From the NCBI GenBank assembly GCA_030390025.1, contig CM059432.1, positions 152,460,001-152,524,000 on the forward strand: 64,000 bases of DNA, in the 5' to 3' direction. The position numbers were made by a program, and so were the translations under genes. The notes below the pieces were generated by a model. The model saw only the letters and a list, made by a program, of their open reading frames with translations. It searched no databases and had not been told where the DNA came from. Position 1 is the stretch's first letter; every line of letters starts with the position of its first letter. Source of the stretch: Squalus acanthias. Lineage: Eukaryota. This document shows, piece by piece, positions 51,303-64,000 of the stretch.

Positions 51303-52829
51303 GGCCCCCAATTTTAACTGCCCGCGCCTGGCGGAAACCGGGCGGTGGGGAACAGTTAAAATAAGACGAGTCGCCTACCCCGTGTGATCCGGCTGTCTGT
51401 CTGCCGTGTTCCGAAATAAACCTGCAGGAAGGAAGCAGGGTCTTTTAAATATGGAGATCAGGCCCGTTGATGTCATCAGGACCCGATCTGCAATTTTAGT
51501 TGAGAGTTTGAGCGGGGGAGCAGTGATGACTTCCCCCTCAGGCAAACATGTCAAGAGCCAGATTGTGGACCACAAGAGGCCCAGAAGGTCAGTTTACAGT
51601 TTTATTTTAGGTTATCTTTTGGACCAGGAGGGGCTCCTCCTGCACTCACAACGAAGCCTTGGGCCTCCCTTACGCTGGACTACCCCGTCTCAATCCTTGA
51701 CAGATTCTTACGCACCCCCCCTCCCAATCCTGCCCAGGGACTTCTCCCCCCGCTCCCAATCCTGCCTAGGGACTTCTCCCCCCTCCCGATCCTGCCCAGG
51801 GATTTCTCTCCCCCCTCCCAATCCTGCCCAGGGATTTCTCTCCCCCCTCCCGATCCTGCCTAGGGACTTCTCCCCCCTCCCGATCCTGCCCAGGGATTTC
51901 TCTCCCCCCTCCCAATCCTGCCCAGGGACTTCTCCCCCCGCTCCCAATCCTGCCTAGGGACTTCTCCCCCCTCCCGATCCTGCCCAGGGATTTCTCTCCC
52001 CCCTCCCGATCCTGCCCAGGGACTTCTCCCCCCTCCCAATCCTGCCCAGGGATTTCTCCCCCTCCCGATCCTGCCCAGGGACTTCTCCCCCCTCCTGATC
52101 CTGCCCAGGGACTTCTCCCCCCTCCCGATCCTGCCCAGGGACTTCTCCCCCTCCTCCTGATCCTGCCCAGGGACTTCTCCCCCCTCCCGATCCTGCCCAG
52201 GGACTTCTCTCCCCTCCCAATCCTGCCCAGGGACTTCTCCCCCCTCCCGATCCTGCCCAGGGACTTCTCCCCCCTCCCGATCCTGCCCAGGGACTTTTCC
52301 CCCCTCCCAATCCTGCCCAGGGACTTCTCCCCCTCCTCCTGATCCTGCCCAGGGACTTCTCCCCCCTCCCAATCCTGCCCAGGGACTTCTCCCCCTCCTC
52401 CTGATCCTGCCCAGGGACTTCTCCCCCCTCCCAATCCTGCCCAGGGACTTCTCCCCCCTCCCGATCCTGCCCAGGGACTTCTCCCCCCTCCCGATCCTGC
52501 CCAGGGATTTCTCCCCCTCCTCCTGATCCTGCCCAGGGATTTCTCCCTCCTCCCAATCCTGCCAAGAAACTACCCCAGCCCACTGACTATGGGGTCAGTT
52601 CACACGGGTCCCCAGCTGTGGCCTCCTGCCGCCAGATTCCAACTCCCGCCTGCCGGCTAGGCAGTCAATCTGGCCCGGTGTCCGGTGGGATTCTGCAGAG
52701 ATTTATTTAAATTAGCCCCTGCTGTTAAGATTGACAGGGCCTCCACAGCTCTGGCCTTGCCGAGTTCATTGCCTGATACCTGGCTCCCCTGCAACCTTCC
52801 CACCCCTGCCGGGCCTGAGAATCGAGGCC
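51303..52829. mobile_element. Harbinger-like MITE containing a minisatellite
   Basis: Imperfect TIR GGCCCCCAATTTT / AGAATCGAGGCC; 3-bp TGA on both sides. Confidence 0.6.
51715..52565. repeat. ~30-bp minisatellite CCCCCTCCCGATCCTGCCCAGGGACTTCTC, ~28 copies
   Basis: Direct tandem array. Confidence 0.97.
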
Positions 52830-53294
52830 TGAGTTTCAGAATCGAGCAATCCCAGCTCTGAGCTGGGTCGGAACACGATCCCAGAGGTGAAAGGGTAGAG
52901 TAGCAACTCAATGTGCCGCACAGTTCAGACAATATTTGAAAAAAAATGGAATGCTGCCAGGCTCTGCAGTGAAACCAAATCCCCGGATACCATCTGATGC
53001 ATTTATGTTTCTGGCTCTCACTCTTTCTCTCTCTCGATGTGTCTTCCTTCTTTCTCTCTCTAATTCAATGTAAGTATATTTACATACTATCACTTCCTTT
53101 CAGTTGTGTCCCTTCATCATTGTTCTACATGCGAGTAATGCACAAAAAATAAACTGGTTTACACATAATCAGCTAACCCTCAAAATCAGGCGTGTAGTAA
53201 CACAACAACGGCCATTTCTGTAATAGAACACTAAAAAACTGCTGCTTGCTCCTGCATGTACAATCAAAACCTTGAAGCACATTTTAAATGTACT

Positions 53295-54049
53295 GGCCCG
53301 GAATTTGCGGTCCTGATGACAGCACACTGGCAGCGTTTGTCGTCATTTCACCTTTGAAACTGACGGCGACTTCAGGACTTAGCGCATGCTCAGCCCAACG
53401 CAGAAATCCTGAAGTTGCGGCCTGTCATTCCCTGCTCCGACACTGGCTGCGCTTTGCCCCGCTCCCCCACCCCCAGAGCCAGCAATCAGTGAAATCTCTC
53501 AAATCATGGAAACTAACGAAAACTTCGGCTCTTCCGTAGTAATACCGCTGTTAAATACCCCATTAAAAGTTAGACCCTTTTGGATTCGGTGTAACTGGGG
53601 CATTGACTGCTAAACAAAGGTTATTGCCCTGAAAAACTAATTTTAATTTTGTGGAGTGTCAAATTCATCCATTTAAAAAAAAATTAAAATTAAGAAACTT
53701 TTTTTTAAGTTTGTTCATCTTTATTTCAGGTTTGTCTTTTTCCCCGTGTGAGAGCCCCAGTCTTTGTTTTGTTCTCTCTATAACATTTTTAAAAGTTAGA
53801 CTCAAAGGAGCTTACCCACTTCCTGGTTCGCTGTCTGTGAGAATTCTGCGTTTTGATTGGCTGCTCAGACAGCTTGTTGATGTCACAGCAGCTCGCACTG
53901 GGGGATCCCCATTAAGTTGCGTTGATTCCGATTATGTGTCGTAAAACCTGAACTTCTCGCCATAGAGATCGCGAGATCTTTGTGCAAAGCTTATATCGGG
54001 GCCAGCGGCGAATGCCTTTGTTTCGCCTTTGACCGCAAATTACCGGCCC
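53295..54049. mobile_element. Harbinger-like MITE
   Basis: TIR GGCCCGGAATTTGCGGTC / GACCGCAAATTACCGGCCC followed by tta. Confidence 0.7.
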
Positions 54050-54719
54050 TTATTTATGGCTTAAAACCAACAAATGACCACAACATTGTTATGTTGGTTT
54101 ACCAATAGTGAAGCAAACCAAATCGTTCAACACTATTACAGATACAGTGACACACAGACACATGGGGCAACTATAGCGGGTTCCTAAAAATAATCCATTT
54201 TGTAAAACTGGCTGAATCACAAAACTAATTCACGATACAAATAGGATGCAAAAAGGTCATCATAATTCTGGATATAGTTATAACTGTTGCGAATCTTCTC
54301 AAACATTCAATAACACTTATACAGCTAGAGCATTAATGGAAGAAGCAGCATTTTTTGTGATTTATTTGTTGCCTCCAGATCTCTGGTAGGATTCCAGCAG
54401 AAATATTGCTGCTATCAACAGGTGGTCTTATGGTGAACTTATATTGTAGACAACGGTTTCAAATGGAAGTGGTTCTGTATGTGTCAGCTCCCAGCGCTCT
54501 GCCGTTCATCCTGTTGATGATACGCAGTGGATTTGAAAGCACCGGCAGTGCCACGTTAAACAACTGTGCATCCATAAGCTTACATTTGTGCCATTGTTTA
54601 AGGGTGTGTTTACATTATAGCTGTAGCATTGATGCAAAGTGGTTTTGCATTACACTGATGCTGCAGTTAAAGTGTAAATTCAGTCTGAATCTGGAGTCAG
54701 GGCCCAACTTAGCACCACA

Positions 54720-55297
54720 GCAACTTGCATTTATATAGCAACTTTACCGTAGTAAGTCGCTTCACAGGAGCGTAATCAGACAAAAATTGACACTGAGACA
54801 AAGAAAGAGGCATTAGGACAGGTGGCCAAACACTTGGTCAAAGAGAGGGATTTAAGCAGTGTCTTAAAGAAGGAGAAAGAGTGGAGAGACAAAGAGGTTT
54901 GCGAGGGAATTTCAGAGCTTAGGGCCTAGACGGCTGAAGACACGGCCGCCAATGGTGGGGCAAAGGAAATGGGGGATGCGCAAAAGGCCAGAGGAATGCA
55001 GAGTTCTCGGAGGTCTGCAGGGCTTGACTAGCTGTGGCAGGGTAATTGATCTTCCTTGATGTCTGGTGGGCTGAGTGAGGCAGGAAAGATGGTGGCATGT
55101 TGCACCTTTGCCATTGGTGCACTGTGCCCGCTGAGAGAAAAATACAGAGCTAGTGAGGGGCGATGCCATGGAGGGATTTAAACACGCGGATGAGAATTTT
55201 AAAATCGAGGCGTTGGTGGACTGAAGCCAATCTAGGTCAGCGAGCACATGGGTGATGGATGAACAGGACTTGGTGCAAGTTAGGATACGGGCAGCTG
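54720..55297 (-). mobile_element. L2 3' fragment with a ~115-bp internal insertion
   Basis: NASILKFSS..NPSMASP; same family as 11546-12320. Confidence 0.8.
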
Positions 55298-55845
55298 AAC
55301 AAGATCAAAGCAAAGTGAGACTTCCTAGATGACCGAGTCTCAGGCAACTTTCCTTTGGAGTCAGTTCAGCTCTTAACATCTGATTTACACTCAAAGTGTA
55401 ATATCAGTGCCAAGCGGTTTCGTCTTCACACTTGCGGAGTGTGAATGCCCTGTAAAATTCACAATGGTCACTTTTATTTTCTAGTAATTGATCTTCCTTG
55501 ATGTGTGGTGGGCTGAGTGAGGCAGGAGAGATGGTGGCACGTTGCACCTTTGCCATTGGTGCACTGTGCCCGTTGCATTGCTGAGAGAAAAATACCTCAC
55601 TTACATTGCAGTCTCGGGCCTCTGCCACAGGTAGCACTGTAACATAAGTACAGCATTTGATAAAGACTACGGAACATCAATATTCTGTGAGGTGATTGAT
55701 ACTTTAAGTAGACATTTACTCAATGGTTAACAGAATTTAGAGCAGCTTTGACTGTCAGGCCTTCGTTTTGGGTGTTGTTTCTCGAAACAGGCAGGAAAAC
55801 CCAACTGCACCAATAGACTGTGGAGAAGTTACACAATTTAAAATT

Positions 55846-57160
55846 AGAATCACAGAATCATAGAATGGTTACAGCACGGAAGAAGGCTATTCGGCCCATC
55901 GAGCCCATGCCGGCTCTCTGCAAGAGCACTTCAGCTAGTCCCACTCCCCCGCCCTTTCCCCGTAGTCCTGCAAATTTCTTTCCTTCAGGTACTTATCCAA
56001 TTCCCTTTTGAAAGCCACGATTGAATCTGCCTCCACCACCCTTTCAGGCAGTGCATTCCAGATCCTGACCACTCGCTGCTTAAAAAAGTTTTTCCTTATG
56101 TCGCCTTTGCTTCTTTTGCCAATCACCTTAAATCTGTGTCCTCTGGTTCTCGACCCTTCTGCCAATGGGTACAGTTTCCCTCTATCTACCCTGTCCAGAC
56201 CCCTCATGATTTTGAACACCTCCATCAAATCTCCTCTCAATCTTCTCTGCTCCAAGGAGAACAACCCCAGCTTCTCCAGTCTATCAACGTAACTGAAGTC
56301 CCTCATTCCTGGAATCATTCTCGTAAATCTTTTCTGCACCCTCTCTAAGGCCTTCACATCCTTCCTAAAGTGTGCTGCCCAGAATTGGACACAGTACTCC
56401 AGTTGGGGCCGAACCAGTGTTTTATACAGGTTCAGCATAATTTCCACACTTTTGTACTCGATACCTCTATTTATGAAGCCCAGGATCCCGCAAGTCTTTT
56501 TAACTGCTTTCTCAACCTGCCCTGCTACCTTCAACAATTTGTGCACACATACCCCCAGGTCTCTCTGTTCGTGCACCCACTTCAGGATTGTACCATTTAG
56601 TTTATATGTCCTCTCCTCATTCTTTCTACCAAAATGTATCACTTCACACTTTTCTGCATTAAATTTCATCTGCCACGTGTCCGCCCATTTCACCAACCTG
56701 TCTATGTCTTGCTGAAGTCTATCACTCTCCTCCTCACTGTTCACTATACTTCCAAGTTTTGTGTCATCTGCAAATTTTGAAGTTGTGCCCTGTACACCCA
56801 TGTCCAAGTCATTAATATATAACAAGAAAAGCAGTGGTCCTAGTACCGACCCCTGGGGAACACCACTGTATACCTTCCTTCAGTCCGAAAAACAACTGTT
56901 CACCACTACTCTCTGTTTCCTGTCACTTAGCCAATTCTGTATCCATGCTGCCACTGTCCCTTTTATTCCATGGGCTTCAACTTTGCTGGCAAGCCTATTA
57001 TGTGGCACTTTGTCGAACGCCTTTTGGAAATCCATGTACACCACGTCAACCGCATTACCCTCATCAACCCTCTCTGTTACCTCATCAAAGAACTCAATCA
57101 AGTTAGTTAAACACGATTTGCCTTTAAAGAATCCATGCTGGCTTTCCTTAATTAATCCAC
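55846..57160 (-). mobile_element. CR1 LINE ORF2 3' 1.3 kb
   Basis: ORFs 55935-56825 (KFADD..LVRPQLEYCVQFW) and 56880-57160 (SQHGF, MDFQKAFDKVPH). Confidence 0.96.
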
Positions 57161-57247
57161 AATTGAAACAACATTGTGTTTCTATTCCTCTTGTTAAGTA
57201 TTCTGCTAATAAAGCCCTTCCTGTGAACATTGCTGATGCAGCCATTA

Positions 57248-57404
57248 AATATTGCTCCAACTCCCTGTGGGAATAACTCCACCTATAATATTGCTCCAAC
57301 TTCCTGTGGGAATAACTCCACCTATAATATTGCTCCAACTCCCTGTGGGAATAACTCCACCTATAATATTGCTCCAAATCCCTGTGGGAATAACTCCACC
57401 TATA
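57248..57404. repeat. 39-bp tandem repeat x4
   Basis: aatattgctccaactccctgtgggaataactccacctat repeated head-to-tail with no spacers. Confidence 0.95.
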
Positions 57405-58251
57405 AGCAGCTAAGAATACCTGAAAGCAAGAGATTAACAGTAAACCTCATTCCAGGATGTTAATTGGCATTGGTTGCTATACCACCTCCATATTTGTCCA
57501 CCATCATGTCAAACAAGTGTGTAGCTCTGAGAACCTGACTGACTCAATATGGCCCCACCACTCAATGGCACATTGACTACGAAGGCTGCAAAAAACATAG
57601 GTGCAAACGCGTGAAAGAAAGAAAAGCACAGCACCTGATTATTTGTTGCTCAATTGACTACTTTTTAAAATGGGTTTACATCTATTTGCATTTTTACATT
57701 AGATCCTCACTAATGACTTTCCAGTTATAGCAAGGAGGGCAGGAGGGTCCAGACTGTAGCTGTCTCCAGGGTCTTTGTCAGTGCTGCTTTACAATCAACT
57801 GACAGGAGCTATGTTTCCAGGAGTCAAACTGTTCTTGTCAGCTACTCCTGCCTCTTGAGATGGAGTGGTGGGAGCCTGCCAATTACAAGATGCAAAGTGT
57901 TCCATTTATCAGCTCAAGATCTAGCCGAACTAACAACTGAGGGAAATCAAGCTCTAGCAAGTCAGAATTGGAAACTTAGGCCTACTGATTGGGAGTCAGT
58001 ACATCACTGCTCGAACTGTGTGGCTGCCCCATATAATTGTTTGTATAATAGTTTCACTATCAATGTACATTGTGCAGAAGCAGGGTTCGAGTACTGTGCT
58101 TGCTCACTTCTTATACTAACTGTAGGCCAAGGGCCAGGCTGCTCTCTTTCACCTCTGAAATCCTGAGCAGCATTGGTAGGAACTTGGATGCTGATTTTCT
58201 GACTGCCCTTTTCATTATTCATGATAGCTGGAGACTAAGGAAGATGGAGAA

Positions 58252-58702
58252 AAAAAAAAGAAATACTTGCATTTCTATAGCACCTTTCACGAACTCAGTA
58301 CATCTCAAAGTGCTTTACAGCCGATGAAGTACTTTTTGAAGTGTAGTCATTGTTGTACTGTAGGAAACGCGGCAGCCAATTTGTGCACAGCAAGCTCCCA
58401 CAAACAGCAATATGGTAATGACCAGATAATCTGTTTTTAGTGATGTTGATTGAGGGATAAATATTGGCCCAGGACACAGGGGATAACTCCCCTGCTCTTC
58501 TTCGAAATAGTGCCATGGGATCTTTTATGTCCCCTTGAGAGAGCAGAGGGGCCTCGGTTTAACGTCTCATCCGAAAGACGGCACCTCCGTTAGTGCAGCG
58601 CTCCCTCAGCACTGCACTGGAGTGTCAGCCTAGATTTATGTGCTCAAGTCCCTGGAGTGGGACTTGAACCCACAACCTTCTGACTCTAAGGGAAGAGTAC
58701 TA
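58252..58702 (-). mobile_element. Full-length SacSINE1-like Deu-SINE
   Basis: tRNA head gtcagccgtggctcagtgggtag..gggttcaagtcc, Deu-like core, L2-type tail. Confidence 0.9.
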
Positions 58703-59427
58703 CCCACTGAGCCACGGCTGACAATAAACAGGAAATGTTTATTTCCTCAAAAAAATTCCAATAAAACCAGAAAATGTTGGAAATGCACACCAGGTCAGTC
58801 AGCACCTGAAAGAGAAAGATTGGTTCGGGTTTGGGTGAGTTTTGATGATGAGTTACACTTGAAACATTCAGATGCTGAATCCTGCTGTGGATTTCCAGCA
58901 TTTTTGGTTTTTAGTTGAGATTTCAAATATTTAATTTATTCATTCTCAGGAGGTGGGTGTCACTGGCAAGGCTGGCATTTATTGCCGAACCCATTACCCT
59001 GAGAACGTGGTGGGTGGCCTTCTTCTGTTCTATGCAACTGAGTGGCTTGCTTGGCCACTTCAGAGAGCAGCTAAGAATTGACCAGCTCTGAAGAGGAGGA
59101 TATTTCAAGACCATGAATTAGTCACTTATTTCACTGCAGAACATGATGTAGGCTGGTTTGGGTATTGTTACAAATTTCATCACCAAATTTCATTTGATTT
59201 CAATGCAATGAAAATCGGGCGGGTTCTACGACAGGCGAGCGAACTGCTCCGCCAGGTTACTGACCAGGCAGTGAAGTTGAGAATTACCCCAAACAGATCT
59301 ATGTTGTATCAGTTTGAAATAGACTGTGAGTTTTGACATTCCCCAAACAGACTTGTCCAGCTTTAATACATATTTAATACAGATTCTACAGTTCTATAGC
59401 CTTTCTTTATTTATCATTTTTTTTAAT

Positions 59428-59813
59428 TATTCATTGTGGACGTTACTGACAAGGCTGGCATTTTTGGCCCATCCATAGTTACCCTACAAAGGTGGTGGTT
59501 GTCCACCTTCTAATGGTTTGAGACAACCGAGTGCTTACTCGGCCACTTCAGAGGGCAGCTAAGAGTCAACCATGTTAGTGTGGGACTGGAGTCACGTATC
59601 GGCCGGACTGGGTAAGGCCGGCAGTTTTCCTTCCCTAAAAGGACATTGGTAAACCGTTTGTTTTTTTACGACAGTTTCATGGTCACTTTTGCTGATCCCA
59701 GCTTTTTATTTCCAAATTTCTTTTTAATCTGAATTCAAATTCTCGAACTGCCACAGTGCGATTTTAACTCACGTTCTCTGGATTATTAGTCCACATAACC
59801 ACTGCACTACTGC
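59428..59813 (-). mobile_element. SINE-like head+tail derivative of the 12347-15492 LINE (another piece at ~58935-59090)
   Basis: tRNA-like head and gggaaggaaa..tgactccagtcccac body joined directly to the LINE 3' tail. Confidence 0.7.
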
Positions 59814-60771
59814 ACCTAAGATTTGAAGATTTGAAGAAGAAAGCAAATTCCTAATTTCATTATTTGTACGAGAAAAAGCAGATGTGAGTGAAAAAAATTG
59901 TCAATCAGGCTAGTTTTTCACTAAAATTAGCGAAGATTGAAAGTTTAACCCCAACATTCAGCAAATCACCTCTGGTCATTTCTTTTATTTGTTCATGGGA
60001 TGTGGGTGACACTGGTAACGCAGTATTTATTGCCCATCACCGCTTGCACTGGGGGTACTCGGAGTCAACCATGTAATGTGGGACTGGAGTCACATTTGGC
60101 CAGACTAGGTAGGGGTGATAAGTTCCCTTCCCTCAAGGTCATTAGTGAACTGTTCGGGTTTTATCACCATCCAGAAGCTTTCAATGTGATTTTTTATCTG
60201 GTGCCAGTCCACAAATTACCAGATTTATTGAATTCACTTTCACAACTTGCTATGGTGAGATTTGGACACACAACTAGCAGCATGCCCCGTTAGACTTACA
60301 ATCGTATGGTTAGGTTTTCAAATTTTTTGCCCACAAATTTGCCGGAAGTGCGAGCTGATAAAGACTGATAAAGCGCAGCGAGGGCAACAGGGCATCTGGG
60401 ACCCTGGTGAACAAACAGTGTATCTCCTTAACCAATGAGATTTTAGGATTGAGAAATACACAGAGGAAGGACTGAAAAGGAGGGTGAATTAGAGTCAAAT
60501 CAGGTACAGAAAGGGAAATAAATGTGTTCGGTTGATCAGTCAATGAATTTGGTGCACCTTAAATAAAGTCAGCATTTATCTCATATTAAGTCTTTAACAC
60601 TAAGATGAACAGCTTTTGCATTATATTGGTGTGAAATGAAATCACTTTCTCTACTCTTTCGGAGATGATGGGGTTATAAATAGCTTTTTTTTTGGCGCCA
60701 GCACTGACAGGAAATGTATAGAAAGATGCAAGGCACTTCCTTTTTATCCTTTCCTATTTGGGGTCCGATAG

Positions 60772-60867
60772 GTAGATAGTAACAGCTGCGCTGCCCGGGA
60801 ATTTACAGGTTATTGTGAAACCTACTACAGTACATGTACCGGGCTGAAAATCGTTCGGTACTGCTAA
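60772..60867 (+). CDS. Candidate exon D of unidentified host gene
   Basis: Pyrimidine tract then atag; VDSNSCAAREFTGYCETYYSTCTGLKIVRYC*; phase 0 matches exon C. Confidence 0.4.
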   Translation, partial: VDSNSCAAREFTGYCETYYSTCTGLKIVRYC

Positions 60868-62259
60868 AAACACAAAATTATTTTAAGGTGTTGCGCAGAC
60901 ATGGAGAGTCCATATCCTAAAACTGAAAGAAGATTTATCGGACCTCAGGAGTAGACAGGAGACAGGGTTGCCAACTCTGGTTGGAGGTATTCCTGGAGGT
61001 TTAATTACATGACCTCCTGCCTCCAACTGCTCCCCCCAGACAAACAGCCTTTATTCCCATCTTCATTATTTGTATAACTCGAAAAAGAAAAAACACAATT
61101 TTGAAAGCCTGTATAATTTTTTTCTCTTGCGTTGCTTGCAGCAATGCCCAGGGAATTAATCTTTAAGTCCTGGAGGGTCAGGAACCCAAACAGGAGAGAA
61201 TAGTAAATCTCACCAAGCCGCCTGGGCAAGGTCTGTGCTGCCAGGTTGCTGCTTGACTCTTACTCTCCGCCAGAGGGAGTGTCCGCCCTGTGACCCGCAG
61301 TTTACAGTCTCGCCAAAACTTTTAATGGGGTTTTGGTTTCGATAAGATTTTTTTAAAAATTATATTGAATCAGATTACACATGAGAACTAAAGATAATTA
61401 TATTACAGACAAAACTCTTGTTTTCGTTTCTCTCCCTACAGTTTATTGCATTACCACAATTACATTTCGCTGAAACCAGACATTTTACCACAATTTCCAA
61501 GTGTTAGATTTGGGTATAAATCACTTTCGTCTAAAAAACTAAATCCCCGCGGGAGTATCGATGACAAATGCGCTAAATCAAAGAGTTAATCTCCTCCGAC
61601 TAAAGAAATCCCTGATTAGAGCGGAGACAGCACAGATTTTTTAAAAATCCCGTGTAATTTTCTTAGTGAATTGGATTTTGTTGTAAACTCACTCGGGGAG
61701 ATCGCGGCTGTGTCGGTGTGTGAGTGACTTTCTGTTGGTGAAAGTCCCGGGCGCCAATTCTGAGTCTGTGAAACTTGCGATCCCGGACATTCCGCCACCA
61801 GGGGATGGGTCTTCTCCAGAAATTGAGCAGATTTGTGGCGCGGGTATTTTCGGAGCGGTCTGAGTCAAACCGAAACACCTGGGCACTCAGTTAGTCAAAA
61901 ACATTGCATTTTTTAATTTAGTGACAACTGGCTTCAAGGATTTACTTTTTGGTGAACGGATCGTCATTTCTTGCCGCAGGTCACCAGCACCTATTCTCCT
62001 GCCTTAATTTTTGCCCGTCTTCTTCCAAACTTTCGATCCGGTTTTTAAAAAAAACTTTCAATCCAGTGTTGCCTGGGCTCTAAAACAGGCATCGAATTAA
62101 ATGGGATGGGGGTCTTTCGTGAGACTGCACAGTTTATCAATCCAGGTGTCAGTCTGTCCTTCAATCGATAATCCAATATCATCTGGCCATCTATTACAGA
62201 TACCTATCTATCTTCCGTGCTTCTCCCAGCCCGTACATTATCCTCGCTATTTAATCAAT

Positions 62260-62396
62260 GAATGAAAGAAAATAAAGTCTTGCATTTCTATAGCGCCTTT
62301 CACAACCTCAGGACATCCCAAAGCGCTTTACAGCCAATGAAGTACTTTTGAAGTGTAGTCACTGTTGTAATGTAGGAAACGCGGCAGCCAAATTGC
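62260..62396 (-). mobile_element. SacSINE1/L2-type 3' tail fragment
   Basis: Matches 58255-58385. Confidence 0.8.
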
Positions 62397-63562
62397 CCTC
62401 AGCGAGGTAGATTTATAGAAAAACGTTTTAATATAATTTCGCTTAAAACGACACCGGTTGGTCGGAAAGATACAACTTTTAGTTCACATCGGGGTCTACG
62501 GGACTGTTAACAAACAAACGGAACGTATATACAAATGAAGAGAAATGGATGAACTGAAATTAAAAGTACAAAATAATTAACAATAGAGAAGTCTTATCCC
62601 GAATTTATTACAAGTACCTAAACTGGTATATCTGACAGGATAGGGGTGGCGGAGACAGAGAAATCTCAAAGAATGTTTTTAGGGATTCTGAATGAACCTC
62701 AGTTGTACAGAGAGATGAATTGCCGCCCACCATTGGTAGCTCTCAGACTAAGCTAACGCCGTATATCTGCGATACCACTTCAGAAATATTTTTTCGTGTC
62801 TTAAGTGGTGACCCTCAGTTAACCTGCTGCTTACAGTCCTTCCGGGTTCCTCTTGCTCATTTCATTTAATTGTTTTTAACCTCAGAATAATGAGTTCGGA
62901 TCCATTTATCAGTATATTAAAACACCCACAAAGAGCGATCATCAAGACAGCATCAAAATAAACACACACTTTTGGAATAATGTGTCAAAACATGCTCAAA
63001 AATGTGTATTATTATGGACGGTGCTTTACAGACTTGTTCTCAAGCTCACGACACAAAATGACAACTGAATAATAATATTCCAGTTTCTGATTAATATCGG
63101 ATAAACTCTGAAAGTGTTGTGTTGGGAGTTTGTTAAACCTACTTTAAAGTTCCCTGTAGAGAATGAAACAGAATCTATAATGATCCTAAATGCAAGGTTC
63201 AGCCCGACCCGGAGAGATACAACTACTGTACCACGTTATTCTTGACAGTTTTTTCGAACTGGTTTAAGAAAATGATCTGATTTCCTCTGAATAAATAACA
63301 GAAGTGACGTGAGGAGAAATGAACAGCCTTTATTCCGTCTACCCAGTAAAACTTTACACCCCTTTAAGAGATAGAAGCCGCGTAAGAACGTTCAGTGAGT
63401 GGCCTTCACAAGATGTGATCCCAGACAGGGATTAAAAGGTGCGGGAGGCATTCTTTTTGTGTGTGTTCCAATCAGGAGAATATTCATTCCAAGATACATT
63501 TCTTTACCCGAAAATGTCGTATCTGAACCGTACATAAACATTAAACTAAAAGCGAGATCGAA

Positions 63563-63678
63563 ATGAAAGAAAGACTTGCATTTCTATAGCGCCTTTCACA
63601 ACCACCAGATGTCCCAAAGCGCTTTACAGCCAATGAAGTACTTTTGAAGTGTAGTCACTGTTGTAATGTAGGAAACGC
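63563..63678 (-). mobile_element. SacSINE1/L2-type 3' tail fragment
   Basis: Matches 58255-58370. Confidence 0.8.
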
Positions 63679-64000
63679 ACTTATTATATTGTAACAATAA
63701 ATAACAAATAATGTAATGCTGCCTTGAGAGGTTCGCATTTTTCTTTTAATAGAATTGGATGTTTTAGCGCCAGACTCAGTCAGAGTTCTATCACAGTAGC
63801 CCCTGTGCCATGGATCCTGGCTAATGATGTTGATTTGATGTGGTTTGTGACCCCACATCACTCAGGTATAAACCAGACTCTCGACTTTAACACTGGTCGT
63901 GCTTGGAGCCCCCTCACAACCCGAGGTTTAAACACTCGGGGGGGTCCTTTTGTCTCTCTCCCCAACTCCCATCACCTCATGCCCAACACTTCATGGTGCA

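Noticed and set aside
51708..52583. Gly-rich ORFs on the minus strand
   Set aside because: They are translations of the 30-bp minisatellite in all frames.
57248..57404. CRISPR-like array
   Set aside because: Units are head-to-tail with no unique spacers, there are no cas genes, and the context is eukaryotic. ORF 56880-57377 is only read-through into CR1.
58640..58702. tRNA genes (also ~25000, 15405-15492, 47580-47649)
   Set aside because: These are tRNA-derived SINE/LINE heads continuing into repeat bodies, not stand-alone cloverleafs.
60963..62200. Host promoter or first exon (moderate CpG, CTCF-like ccgccagagggag at ~61266, TIR-like cagggttgccaac)
   Set aside because: No supportable ORF, splice pattern or partner TIR; the evidence is too weak to call.

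Overview
Eukaryotic, repeat-dominated DNA, most likely from a cartilaginous fish (shark), inferred from HE1-like V-SINE, SacSINE1-like Deu-SINEs and abundant CR1/L2 LINEs. No intact host gene is recognisable. Contents: (1) two full-length, divergently oriented CsRN1/Kabuki-type Gypsy LTR elements (6253-10572 minus; 19926-24288 plus), each inserted in a CR1 LINE with a 4-bp TSD, sharing a 698-bp tract I read as identical; (2) many PIF/Harbinger DNA transposons and MITEs, including a ~15.4-kb two-gene copy (Myb/SANT gene + HARBI1-type transposase, 26287-41732) whose subterminal region has expanded into a ~10.6-kb minisatellite; (3) a histone H2B-CR1 chimeric retrocopy with TSDs inside a second Harbinger; (4) a ~3.1-kb LINE with a tRNA/SINE-like 5' head plus short derivatives; (5) Penelope, L2, CR1, SINE and solo-LTR fragments; (6) four phase-compatible candidate exons of an unidentified, probably decayed host gene. 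The very long ORFs at 27-38 kb are repeat artefacts. All alignments were done by eye, and family names are recalled rather than from a database search.
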